Shown here in pieces: positions 1-9,391 of a stretch of 64,000 bases of DNA (position 1 is the first letter of the stretch; every line of letters begins with the position of its first letter). Made by a program: the position numbers and the translations under genes. The stretch covers positions 864,001 to 928,000 of the forward strand of contig OY729428.2 in the NCBI GenBank assembly GCA_963422375.2, read 5' to 3'. The notes beneath the pieces were generated by a model. It was not told the DNA's origin, did not search any database, and was given only the letters and a program-made list of their open reading frames with translations. Origin of the DNA: Bryobacterales bacterium. GTDB taxonomy: Bacteria; Acidobacteriota; Terriglobia; Bryobacterales; UBA6623.

Positions 1-1982
1 CAGCTCTTGAACATGCTGCTGGAGACGCGCGTGCGGACCAGGATCCCGGGCTGGATCTGCAGAGCCGTTCGCAAGTCGTTCGCCACGTCCCGGGCGGAGC
101 GGGAGCGCTGCGACTTCGGACCGAGATTAATGCGCAGCTCGCCGATGTGCGCGCCCGAGCCGCTGCTGCGGGAGCTGCCGCCGGCCGTCACCATGATTGT
201 TTCGATCTCGGGCGCGCTCGCGGCGGCGGCCAGGCGCAGCTCCTGCATAACGGTCTCGGTGACCTCGACCCGCGTGCCCGGCTCGAGCTCCACGTTGACG
301 CGGATCTCCCCCTCGTCCACCTCGGGCTGCAGCTCGATGCCGAGGAACGGGACGAGGTAGAGGGCCGCGCCGAACAGCGCGGCGGCGGAGCCGATCACGA
401 GCGGCTTGTGCACGAGCGCCCATTGCAGCGCCACCCCGTACGAGGCGGACATGTCGCGCTGCCAGGCCCGGGCCAAGCGGTTGAGGCTGGCGATCCGCCG
501 CCCGGCCGTGCCGCCGTGCGCGAGGTGCGCGCACAGCCCGGGCACGACCGTCAGGGCGACGGCCAGCGAGCACAACAGTGCGAACCCCACCACGTAGGCG
601 AGCTGCTTGAAGGTCTGGGCCGCGATGCCGCCCAGGTAGAGGACAGGGACGAAGACCGCGACGGTCGTCAGCGTCGAGGCCGTGATCGCCATCGAGACCT
701 CCCGGCTGCCCACCACCGCGGCGTCGAAGCCGCTCTTGCCCGCCTCCCGGTGCCGGTACACGTTCTCCAGCACGACGATCGCGTTGTCGACCAGCATCCC
801 GACACCCAGGGCCAAGCCGCCGAAGGACACGGTATTGAGGGTGAAGCCGTTGAAGAACATCAGGGCGAAGCTCGCGATCACCGAGATCGGGATCGCGATG
901 CCGATGATCAGCGTGCTCGAGAGGCTGCGGAGGAAGAACAGCAGTACGAGAACCGCTAGGCCGGCCCCCTGCAGCATGGCCGCGCGCACGTTCTCGATCG
1001 AGGCGCGAATGAAGTCGGCGCTGTCGCGGGTCTTTTCGATGCGCACCTGGGGAAGCGCCCTGTGGATGCGGTCCACCTCCCGCCACAGGGCGTCGGACAC
1101 CTCGACCGTGTTCGCGCCGGCCTGCTTGTAGACGTACATGCGCACGCCGGGCTGGCCGTCGACGCTCACCAAGTAGTCCGTGTCCTCGTGGCTGTCCTCG
1201 ACCGCGGCGATGTCTCGGATATGCACGGGAACGCCGTTGCGGGAGGTCAGCACCACGTTGCGGATCTCTTCCAGGCTCTCGAACTCTCCCCGCGTGCGGA
1301 GCAGGACCTCGAAGCGCCCCTCGTCGACCGGCCCGACCGGTCGGTTCATGTTTTCCTGGCGCAGGATCTGGACCACCTGCGGGATCGACAGCTCCAGCGC
1401 CCGCAGCTTCTTGAGATCGAGGTCGACGTGAATCTCGCGCCGCAGGCCGCCGCGGACGGTGAAGGCGGCCACGCCCGGCACGCGCTCGAGGCGGTGCTGG
1501 ACCTGCTTCTCGACGAAGTGCCGCAGGTCCCTCGCCCCCAGCGTCTCGGAGGACACGGTCAGGTAGAGGATCGGGTACTGCGACGAATCGTACTTGTACA
1601 TGCTCGGCGGATCCATGTCCTCCGGCAGATAGCGGCGGCGACGGTCCAGCCGCGTGCGCAGTTCGTTGGCCGCCTCGTCGATGTCGATCCCGTAGTCGAA
1701 GCCCACCCGCACGTAGCAGAGGCCCTCGTAGACCGAACTCGAGATCTCCTTGACGTGCGGGGCGGCCGAGAAGGCCTCCTCCAGCGGGCGAACGACCAGC
1801 GTCTCCATCTCCTCGGGGGCGACGCCTTCGTACTCGGCGCGCACGCTGATCGTCGGGTAGACGATCTCCGGCATCAGGTCGACCGGGATGTTCACGAAGG
1901 CCACGGCACCGAGCAGGATGGCCACCAAGCAGGCCATCAGGACGGTCACCGGCCTGTGAATCGAGACTGTGGAAAGGTTCAT
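1..1982 (-). CDS. RND efflux transporter permease subunit (AcrB/AcrD/AcrF family), runs off the window edge
   Basis: Not in the ORF track. Manual translation from ATG 1982 gives MNLSTVSIHRPVTVLMACLVAILLGAVAFVNIPVDLMPEIVYPTISV... and later GGLALGVGMLVDNAIVVLENVYRH, the AcrB TM4 signature. Lies directly downstream of the adaptor gene. Confidence 0.95.
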   Translation of the reverse strand, partial: MNLSTVSIHRPVTVLMACLVAILLGAVAFVNIPVDLMPEIVYPTISVRAEYEGVAPEEMETLVVRPLEEAFSAAPHVKEISSSVYEGLCYVRVGFDYGIDIDEAANELRTRLDRRRRYLPEDMDPPSMYKYDSSQYPILYLTVSSETLGARDLRHFVEKQVQHRLERVPGVAAFTVRGGLRREIHVDLDLKKLRALELSIPQVVQILRQENMNRPVGPVDEGRFEVLLRTRGEFESLEEIRNVVLTSRNGVPVHIRDIAAVEDSHEDTDYLVSVDGQPGVRMYVYKQAGANTVEVSDALWREVDRIHRALPQVRIEKTRDSADFIRASIENVRAAMLQGAGLAVLVLLFFLRSLSSTLIIGIAIPISVIASFALMFFNGFTLNTVSFGGLALGVGMLVDNAIVVLENVYRHREAGKSGFDAAVVGSREVSMAITASTLTTVAVFVPVLYLGGIAAQTFKQLAYVVGFALLCSLAVALTVVPGLCAHLAHGGTAGRRIASLNRLARAWQRDMSASYGVALQWALVHKPLVIGSAAALFGAALYLVPFLGIELQPEVDEGEIRVNVELEPGTRVEVTETVMQELRLAAAASAPEIETIMVTAGGSSRSSGSGAHIGELRINLGPKSQRSRSARDVANDLRTALQIQPGILVRTRVSSSMFKS

Positions 1983-2094
1983 CCGCGAACTCTTGACCGG
2001 CTGCTATACCGACCAGCCCTATCCACGATACAACCGGCCGCTCGGGCCTGCAGCCCCCGAGGGGGCCGATTTCGTCACCAGCGGCCGGGGCGAG

Positions 2095-3375
2095 CTAGCC
2101 CGGGCGCTTGGCCGGCACCTTGTTCGGCACGCCTCCGGTCTTCGCGGGCGCCATTCCGCCCGGCGAGACTCGCCCGGCCTTTGGGGAGGCTCCGCCGCCC
2201 TGCCGGGGAGCCGCGGCACCGCCGCGCGGCCCGCCGAAGCCCGCATTGATCCGGTCCCCGTCCCTCAGCATGGTCGCCCCGCGGCCGACGATGCGCGTTC
2301 CCGCATCGAGGTTGGCGAGCACCTCGACCTGGTCCTCGCGCGACATGCCGGTCTCGATGACACGGAAGACAGGCCGCTGGGAGTCCGCCTCGACGATGTA
2401 CACCCCGGGCTGCTGCCCGCGATACACCAAGCCGTCGCGCGGGATGAGCGTGGCCTCACGCATGGAGCCGAGGTCAAGGGAAATCCTGGCGAACATCTCC
2501 GCCTTAAGCACCATTTCGCGGTTCACGATGTCGATCTCGATCACCGCGCTGCGGGTGGCGGCGTCCAGCACGGGCGCGATGCGGGCCACGCGCCCATCGA
2601 ACTCGCGGCCGGGAATGGCGTCCACGATCACCTTCGCGCGGTTGCCGACCGCGAGCTTCTCGATGCTACGCTCGGGCACGTTGCCCTGCGTGACCATCGT
2701 GCTCAGGTTGACGACCTGCAGGATGGAGTTGTTCGGAGCCACCAACGCGCCCGGGTCGACGTATCGAGCGGACACCACGCCGCCCATCGGCGCGTAAATC
2801 TTCGTCTGCTCCAAGCGGATGCGAAGCTCGCTGAGCTCGGCAAGGGACTGCTCGGCCTGCGCCTCGGCCAGTTCCAGCTGCGCCTCCATGACCTCGAGCG
2901 ACGTCTGCGCCTGCTGGTGCTCCTGAGGCGAGAGCAGATCCTCGTCGAACAGGAGGCTGGCCCGCTCCAGGTCGGCCTTCGCGTTGGCGAGCTCCGCCTT
3001 GCGCGCCGATATGTTGGCCCGGCTCACCGCGTAGGACGCTTCCGACCGCTTGACCTGCTGCTCGATCTCGTCGTCCTCGATCTGCGCCAGGAGGTCGCCC
3101 GCGCCCACCCTGTCGCCGACCAGAACGCGGATCTGCTCGATGCGACCGGTGCCCTTGGGATTCACGTCGACAATTTCTTTTGGCTTGAGTGATCCCGTGA
3201 GCAGCAGCTCCTCGCGGATCTCGCCCGTGTGGGCCTCGGTCAGGTCGACGTTGATGATGCGGCCCGCGGGCTTCTTCTTGGCCGGCGCAGCAGCCTGCTG
3301 GTTGGCCTCGAATACGCGCATCCCGACGAGCAATACGAGCGCCATGCCCAGCGCGACAAATATGATTTTTTTCAC
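2095..3375 (-). CDS. RND efflux periplasmic adaptor (membrane fusion protein)
   Basis: N-terminal TM, lipoyl-like GRIEQIRVLVGDRVGAGDLL, coiled coil, TKIYAPMGGVVSAR, APVLDAATRS. GTG 3375 is preceded by AAAGGGA. Confidence 0.93.
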   Translation of the reverse strand: MKKIIFVALGMALVLLVGMRVFEANQQAAAPAKKKPAGRIINVDLTEAHTGEIREELLLTGSLKPKEIVDVNPKGTGRIEQIRVLVGDRVGAGDLLAQIEDDEIEQQVKRSEASYAVSRANISARKAELANAKADLERASLLFDEDLLSPQEHQQAQTSLEVMEAQLELAEAQAEQSLAELSELRIRLEQTKIYAPMGGVVSARYVDPGALVAPNNSILQVVNLSTMVTQGNVPERSIEKLAVGNRAKVIVDAIPGREFDGRVARIAPVLDAATRSAVIEIDIVNREMVLKAEMFARISLDLGSMREATLIPRDGLVYRGQQPGVYIVEADSQRPVFRVIETGMSREDQVEVLANLDAGTRIVGRGATMLRDGDRINAGFGGPRGGAAAPRQGGGASPKAGRVSPGGMAPAKTGGVPNKVPAKRPG

Positions 3376-3456
3376 GTAGATTCCCTTTCGCAATCCCGGC
3401 GATGCGCACCTAACCTTGCTTCACTAGGCGCGATTCGGGCGCGTCCGGTTACGCAT

Positions 3457-3954
3457 TCAGAACTCGATGCGATCCCCGATTCTCAGCCCCTGCGCATCCG
3501 CCTGCCCGCCAGCGAGCTCGAGAACGTAGACGGAGTTGACGTTGCCGCCGTACGCGGGGCAGTTGCCCGGATCGGCGTCGAGGCAGGGCGGGGCTTCGCG
3601 GACGATCTCGACGATCCGGCGGGCGCCGTCCATCCAGATCATGTCCAGCGGGATCCTGCAACGGTACATCCAGAAGCCGCGGGGGGCTGCCCGGTCCCCC
3701 ACGAAGAGCATGCCCCTGTCGGCCGCTAGGTGCGTGCGGTACATCAGCCCTTGCGCCTGCTGCGCGGGCGTCAGCGCCACCTCGGCCTGCACCACGCTCC
3801 CGCCGGGCAGGGTCACGGCCGTGGTGGGCAGGAGCGGGCCCGCGCCGGACTCGGGCCGGGGAGCGGCCCCGGCGCACGATCCGAGCAGGACCAGCAGCAG
3901 CGCGGCCGACGCGGCGCGGCCGGCTGGATGGCGCAGCGCTTGAAGGGGCGGCAT
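3457..3954 (-). CDS. DUF192 domain protein, probable lipoprotein
   Basis: AEVALTPAQQAQGLMYR...GMLFV...FWM...PLDMIW...YVLELAGG signature; LLGSC lipobox. Confidence 0.9.
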   Translation of the reverse strand: MPPLQALRHPAGRAASAALLLVLLGSCAGAAPRPESGAGPLLPTTAVTLPGGSVVQAEVALTPAQQAQGLMYRTHLAADRGMLFVGDRAAPRGFWMYRCRIPLDMIWMDGARRIVEIVREAPPCLDADPGNCPAYGGNVNSVYVLELAGGQADAQGLRIGDRIEF

Positions 3955-3966
3955 GGCCGCTACGAC

Positions 3967-5994
3967 CTAGTAGCGGAGCAGGCGCTCGACGGCTACCCGC
4001 ACCGACGCCTCGGACGGCAGGACCTCGCGTTCGAGATTCACGGCGGACGGCACGAAGCAGTCCTGGGCCCCGACCCGGGCTACGGGTGCATCCAAGTGGT
4101 CGAAGCAGTGCTGCGCAATCTCCGCAGCCACCTCGGCTCCGAAGCCCATCGTCAGCGTGTCCTCGTGGGCCACGAGCGCACGATTGGTCCGTCGCACGCT
4201 TTCGAAGACAGCGTGCCGGTCCCACGGGACGATCGTGCGCAGGTCGAGCACCTCGACCGACGCCTCGCCATCCTCGGCCAGGGCCGCCGCCACGGCCTCG
4301 GCCTGATGCACCGTGTAGCCCCAGGTGACGACCGTCAGGTCCGTGCCGCTGCGACGCGTGCGCGCCTTGCCGAACGGCACGAGGTAGTTCTCGTCGGGCT
4401 CGGGCGAGCGGGCAGGCATGGCCCGGTAGAGGCCCTTGTGCTCGAGAAAGAGCACCGGATCCGGCATGCGGGCCGCCGTCTTGATCAGGCCCTTGGCGTC
4501 CTGGGCGCAACACGGGTACGCGACGTACCAGCCCGGCACGTTCGCGAAGAAGCCCTCGATGTTCGCCGAATGCCAGGGGCCGCCCTTGATGTACCCCCCG
4601 ACTGCGACCCTGCACACCATCGGGCAGCCCCACACGCCGGCGCTGCGCCAGCGCATCGGCGCGATCTCGTCGCGCATCTGCATGAAGGCGGGCCAGATGT
4701 AGTCGGCGAACTGGATCTCGACGACCGGCATGTAGCCGAGCGTGCCCATGCCGCCCGCGATGCCCAGGATCGAGGCCTCCGCGAGAGCGGAGTTCACGCA
4801 GCGCGCCTCGCCGAACTCGTCTGTGAGGCCCTTGGTCGCGCCGAACACGCCACCCTTGGGGTCCTGGATGTCCTCGCCCCACATCACGAGCTTGGGGTTC
4901 CGGCGCATCTCCTCGCGCAGGCCGTTGTTAATGGCCTGCACCATCGAGACCTTGGGCTGGACGAAGCGCGGCTCCGCCTCCTCGCGGACGGGCACGTCCT
5001 TGGAAAAGACGTGCTGCATAACGTCGAAGTTCTGCGGGCTGGGGTGGGAGTCGGCCTCCTCGGCGGCGCGGTCAACCTCCTCCTTGGTCCGGGCGCGGAG
5101 GTCGTCGACCTCCTGCTGGGTCAGGATGCCGGCGTCCAGCACGCGCCGCTCGGCATGCACCACAGGGTCCCGGCCGGCGACTTCGGCGATCTCTTCCCGG
5201 TCGCGGTACTTGCGCTGGTCGTCGGACGAGGAGTGGTTGTCCAAACGCACGACGTTGAACTCGATCAGGGCGGGCCCCTTGCCCGCGCGGATGTCCTCGA
5301 TCAGGCCCGGCACCAGCTGGTAGATTGCGTCGAAGGTCGACGTGCCGTCCAGGTTGAAGGCCGGCAGCCCGAAGCCTTCGGCTATCCGGTGGATCTTCGA
5401 CGCGGTCTGGTACTTCTGCGGCACGCTGATGGCGTAGCCGTTGTTCTGCACGACGAACAGCACCGGCAGATTCTCGCGCGTGGCCCAGTTCAGCGCCTCG
5501 AAGAATTCGCCCTCGCTCGTGGCCCCCTCTCCGGACGACGCATAGACGATCGCGTCGGAACCGTCGTAGAGCAGCGCCCTCGCCGCGCCGACGGCCGGTA
5601 GGTACTGCGTCCCGGTGCAGGCGCTCTGGGCCACGAGCCTGAGTTCCTTGGAGGACCACTGCTCGGGCATGTTCACGCCTTGGGAATTCGGATCGCCGTC
5701 CCGGTTCAGCAGGCCGAGGAAGATGTCCTTGTAGGGCATGCCGAGGGTGACGGCTACGCTCTTCTCCCGGTAGTAGGTGTAGAACCAGTCGTGCCCCGGG
5801 CGCATCATCATCGGCACTCCGACCTGTACCTGCTCGTGGCCGCGTGTCGACGCGTAGAAGGCGAGCTTGCCCTGCTTCACGAAGACCTTGGAGCGCTCTT
5901 CGACGAAGTAGCACTGCAGCATCTTCTCGTAGAGCTGCCTGAGGACCGCGTCGGGAACGATCCGCTCGGTCACATCCATCACGTGGGTTGCCAT
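3967..5994 (-). CDS. 2-oxoacid (branched-chain/pyruvate) dehydrogenase E1, fused alpha/beta subunit
   Basis: TPP motif GEGATSEGEFFEALN...QNN, HSSSDD active-site loop, beta part GEDI...GGVFGAT...EIQFADY...LFLEHK. Start ATG 5994. Confidence 0.93.
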   Translation of the reverse strand: MATHVMDVTERIVPDAVLRQLYEKMLQCYFVEERSKVFVKQGKLAFYASTRGHEQVQVGVPMMMRPGHDWFYTYYREKSVAVTLGMPYKDIFLGLLNRDGDPNSQGVNMPEQWSSKELRLVAQSACTGTQYLPAVGAARALLYDGSDAIVYASSGEGATSEGEFFEALNWATRENLPVLFVVQNNGYAISVPQKYQTASKIHRIAEGFGLPAFNLDGTSTFDAIYQLVPGLIEDIRAGKGPALIEFNVVRLDNHSSSDDQRKYRDREEIAEVAGRDPVVHAERRVLDAGILTQQEVDDLRARTKEEVDRAAEEADSHPSPQNFDVMQHVFSKDVPVREEAEPRFVQPKVSMVQAINNGLREEMRRNPKLVMWGEDIQDPKGGVFGATKGLTDEFGEARCVNSALAEASILGIAGGMGTLGYMPVVEIQFADYIWPAFMQMRDEIAPMRWRSAGVWGCPMVCRVAVGGYIKGGPWHSANIEGFFANVPGWYVAYPCCAQDAKGLIKTAARMPDPVLFLEHKGLYRAMPARSPEPDENYLVPFGKARTRRSGTDLTVVTWGYTVHQAEAVAAALAEDGEASVEVLDLRTIVPWDRHAVFESVRRTNRALVAHEDTLTMGFGAEVAAEIAQHCFDHLDAPVARVGAQDCFVPSAVNLEREVLPSEASVRVAVERLLRY

Positions 5995-6485
5995 GGTCAA
6001 TCGAGGTCCTCGAGCCCCGCAGGTCGCTGCGGCAGAGCGAACGGAAGAGTCGGCGTGCCAGCGAGCAAGCGGCGGCACCGTCCAGCGAGACTGGCAAGCG
6101 GTCGCTCCCGAGCCCATTTCAGAATCTACGATTATACGTGACCGGCATTCTCCGACGGGCGGGCGCGGGCCTCGGCGGGCAGGCGGCCGGGCCTAGTCTC
6201 TCGGCACGGCGGGCGACGTGACGGGAGTCCTCCGTTCCGGCGACACACACCCGTCACACGCCCCGCGACCACGGGCTGCTGGCTCGATGCTGCGCTAACC
6301 CGCCGGGCGCCGCGAGAGGTCGATCTGGCCGAGGCCCCGCCAGACCAAGCAGCGCTGCCGCCGTTCGCCCCTTGGGAATGGCGTGCTCCGGGTCAACCTC
6401 GGTCCGAGGCCGCCAGTCCGCGCTCTCGACCCTCGGGAAATCCTGCCACAATCGACTGCTACGATACGAGCAGCGGACGCGCTGG

Positions 6486-6963
6486 ATGGATGATCGCAAG
6501 GACAGGACGGAAGACTGGGAGAGGCGCGAGTCGATATGGAGCGTCTCGTCCAGTTGGAGAAACCTGTATTGCAAGACATTCTACTTGCTGAGTTGTCGCG
6601 GGTACCGTTGCAAACGTCTATCGTCACGTATCGCGCTGGGACGGATAGGACCCCGTCGGATTGCTCAATGCGATCTGCAGGGATGTGGCTACGCTGTCCG
6701 CCGCGTTCGCTGTATTGAGCTTGGTCTACACGGAGGTGGTGCAAATGCTGGCAGAATCCTACAAGCGGCGTCGGTACGCTCGCGGTCTCGCCGAGGGACG
6801 CGCCGAAGGACGTGCCGAGGGACGCGCCGAAGGACTAGACGAAGGACTGGACGAGGCCAACAGGCGCTGGGCTGACTGGAACGTCCTGCGCGCGGAGGCC
6901 GCTCGGCACAACGAACCCGAGCCACCTCCGCCTTACCCACCCCGGCCGTCGGGTCCGCGCTGA
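6486..6963 (+). pseudogene. Broken small membrane protein with a C-terminal Rpn-like EGRA repeat
   Basis: ATG 6486 gives MDDRKDRTEDWERRESIWSVSSSWRNLYCKTFYLLS. An inferred frameshift near 6590 and an in-frame TAG at 6646-6648 lead to a hydrophobic segment and then MLAESYKRRRYARGLAEGRAEGRAEGRAEGLDEG. Confidence 0.5.
6745..6963 (+). CDS. Putative 72-aa intragenic small protein (EGRA repeats, Pro-rich tail)
   Basis: Perfect SD GGAGGT at 6732-6737, 7 nt before in-frame ATG 6745; frame open to TGA 6963. Confidence 0.5.
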   Translation: MLAESYKRRRYARGLAEGRAEGRAEGRAEGLDEGLDEANRRWADWNVLRAEAARHNEPEPPPPYPPRPSGPR

Positions 6964-7009
6964 GACCGCGAGCATTCGGCCTGCCGACTGCGTCCCGCAG
7001 GGACCGCGG

Positions 7010-8656
7010 GTGCAAGTGGTCGCAGGCACAGGCTCCCAAGGCGTTCCGTTCCGCAATCCGCGCCGTCGCCCCGTCGCCGTCCGCTTCGATCACGAGCGCA
7101 GCAGCTCCGACGGCGGCGCTGTCCCGGTCGAGGCCGCCGACCGCGCGCTCGGCCTCACCGCGGCGTTCGCCGACTGCCTGCGCGACCGGCGCCAGCCCTC
7201 CGAGGTGCTCCACTCCCTCGCGGACATGCTCCGCCAGCGCGTCTACGGCCTCGCCTGCGGCTGCGAGGACTGCAACGACGCCGGGCGCCTCGGCGGCGAC
7301 CCCGTGTTCAAGCTGCCGCTCGGGCGCGACCCCTGGCAGGGTCGCAACCTGCCGTCCCGGGTCACCGCGGACGCGCCGAGCGCGCTGTCCGCGGTTCTCG
7401 CCCGCTGCGTCGTCCGGCGCCGGCGCGAGCGGCGCCCCGAGACGAGCATCGTCGAGCTGGACTTCGACCCGCCGCACGGGGACTGGCAGCTGGCGCTGTT
7501 CAACGGCTCCTGCGACACGCATCGCTACTTGCCGCTGGTGGGCATGGTGCGCTTCGACGACGAGCGCGAGCAGCATCTCGTGGCGGCGCTGCCGCGCTCG
7601 AGCACGGCCGCGGAGGGCTTGCCGCCGCTGCTGCGGGAATTCTTCCCGCGGGCGACGCTGCGCCTGCGCTTGGACGCGGGCTTCCAAGGGGACGAGCTGC
7701 TGGCTCATTGCGAGCGCGAGGGCCTGGAGTACGTCGTGTGCGTGCAGAGGAACGCGGTGCCGAAGCGGCGCGCGGCCCCGTTGCGGGCCGCCGTCGAGGC
7801 CCGGCGCGCGCTCGGCGGCACCCCGGGCACGGACCCCGGTGGGCAGCGGCGGCCGCGGGGGGACCCGCCGTCCCGCCCGGAGCGGTTGCGGGCGAAGTAC
7901 CCGCGGCTCGGAGCCGGCACGCAAGGGGGCCGGCCGGGCGCGGAGGACGCGGGCAGCGGCGCGGGCGCGCTGTACGGGCAGTTCGCCTACCGGGCGGGCC
8001 GCTGGTCGCGGGCGCGGCGGGTGATCGTCAAGGCGGACGCGAGCGAGTTTCCCGGGCGCGCCCCGCAGTGGCACCCGCGCTACGCGGTGACCAACGCGGG
8101 CGGCAGCCCGCAGCGCCTCTACGAGCGGATCCACTGCCTGCGGGGGGACGTGGAGAACCGCGTCAAGGAGCTCGAGCACGGGATGCGGATGGACCGCGCC
8201 AGCTGCTCGAGCTTCGCGGCGAACCGGTTCCGCGCGCCGCTCGCGGCGGCGGCCTACGTGATCATGCAGGAACTGCGCCGGCAGGCACGGGACACGCCGC
8301 TGCGGAAGCGCCGGGTGGACGGGTTGCGCCTCGGCCTGCCGAAGCCGGGGGCGCGGGTCGCGGCCACGGCCAAGCGGATCGTGCTGCGAGTGCCGCGGAC
8401 GGCACCGTTCCGGGACGCCTGGGCGGTGGTGGCGCGGGGCTTGGGGGCCGTGCCGATATGACGCCGGGCCGGGTCAATCCGGAGAGTGTCGGCAGGCGCC
8501 GGGCGCCGCCGGGGGAAACCGTGCCTGCCCCCGGGCGGGCACCGCCGCCGAGGTGCCCGAGGCCCGCACGTAGGCGTTTTGGAAGCAGATTCGGCGGCCA
8601 TCGAGGGCCCAGACACTGGATCCGTGAGCCTGCGAAGCATTCATGAATCATACGGG
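7010..8656 (+). mobile_element. Degenerate IS1380-family element (transposase ORF 7010-8461)
   Basis: SSDGGA, HSLADMLRQRVYGLACG.EDCND, RLDAGF and RGDVENRVKEL...DRASC..FAANRFR motifs. Several conserved blocks are missing. Right-end-like ATGAATCATACGGG at 8643-8656; left end not recognised. Confidence 0.85.
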
Positions 8657-9391
8657 CTAGGAGTCTTGCAGTGTCATGCATTTCTGCGGTGTCGAATCCG
8701 ACCGGCCCCTGGGAACAGTTCGAGCGGTATCAACTCACCACCGGGTCAACGCTCGCTATCACCTCGTGGCGACCCTCCCCGGGCTCCATCGACGCGCTAG
8801 ATGTCAGGGTGGCGGGATGGTCCAGGATCGCTCGCACGCGCTGCACCAGCAGCCCGTCCGGCGCTGTTGCCCGCCCACGATTGCCGCAGGCAATGCGGTC
8901 GAATCAGGCTTGGAGTCCACTGCCCGTTGGCGTTCCGATCCGAATCGGACGCTCGGATTCGCCTTGGCGACTCCCCACGCAATCGAAGACCATGCCACTC
9001 CATCGCGATCAAGAACGACCCAGCGTGAGCGGCCCACGACCGGATCATGCCTTGGAGGAAGCGTAGCGCGGTCGCAATCCGAGAACAGACGACAACAGGA
9101 TCATAACCGGGTGAATCTTTGGCAAACGATATCCGGTCGGCCGAGACGGTGCCGCTGTTCCTGATTCCGGATCATCCGCCGCAAGCTCCGGCTCTGCTGT
9201 TCCGTGCCACTCTCAACGACATCCTCAATACGACCCGCTCCGCCCCCTTACTTGGCCGGGACCCTGCCGCAGGGTAGCGCGACCGATTCCGCAGACTGAA
9301 CCGAAGCGGCTTCGATTCGGTCCTTTCCTGGCGCACCCCAACCGAAGCCAAAGCCGCGTCGTCGATCCACCGCATGGAGGGCGGAATAGAG

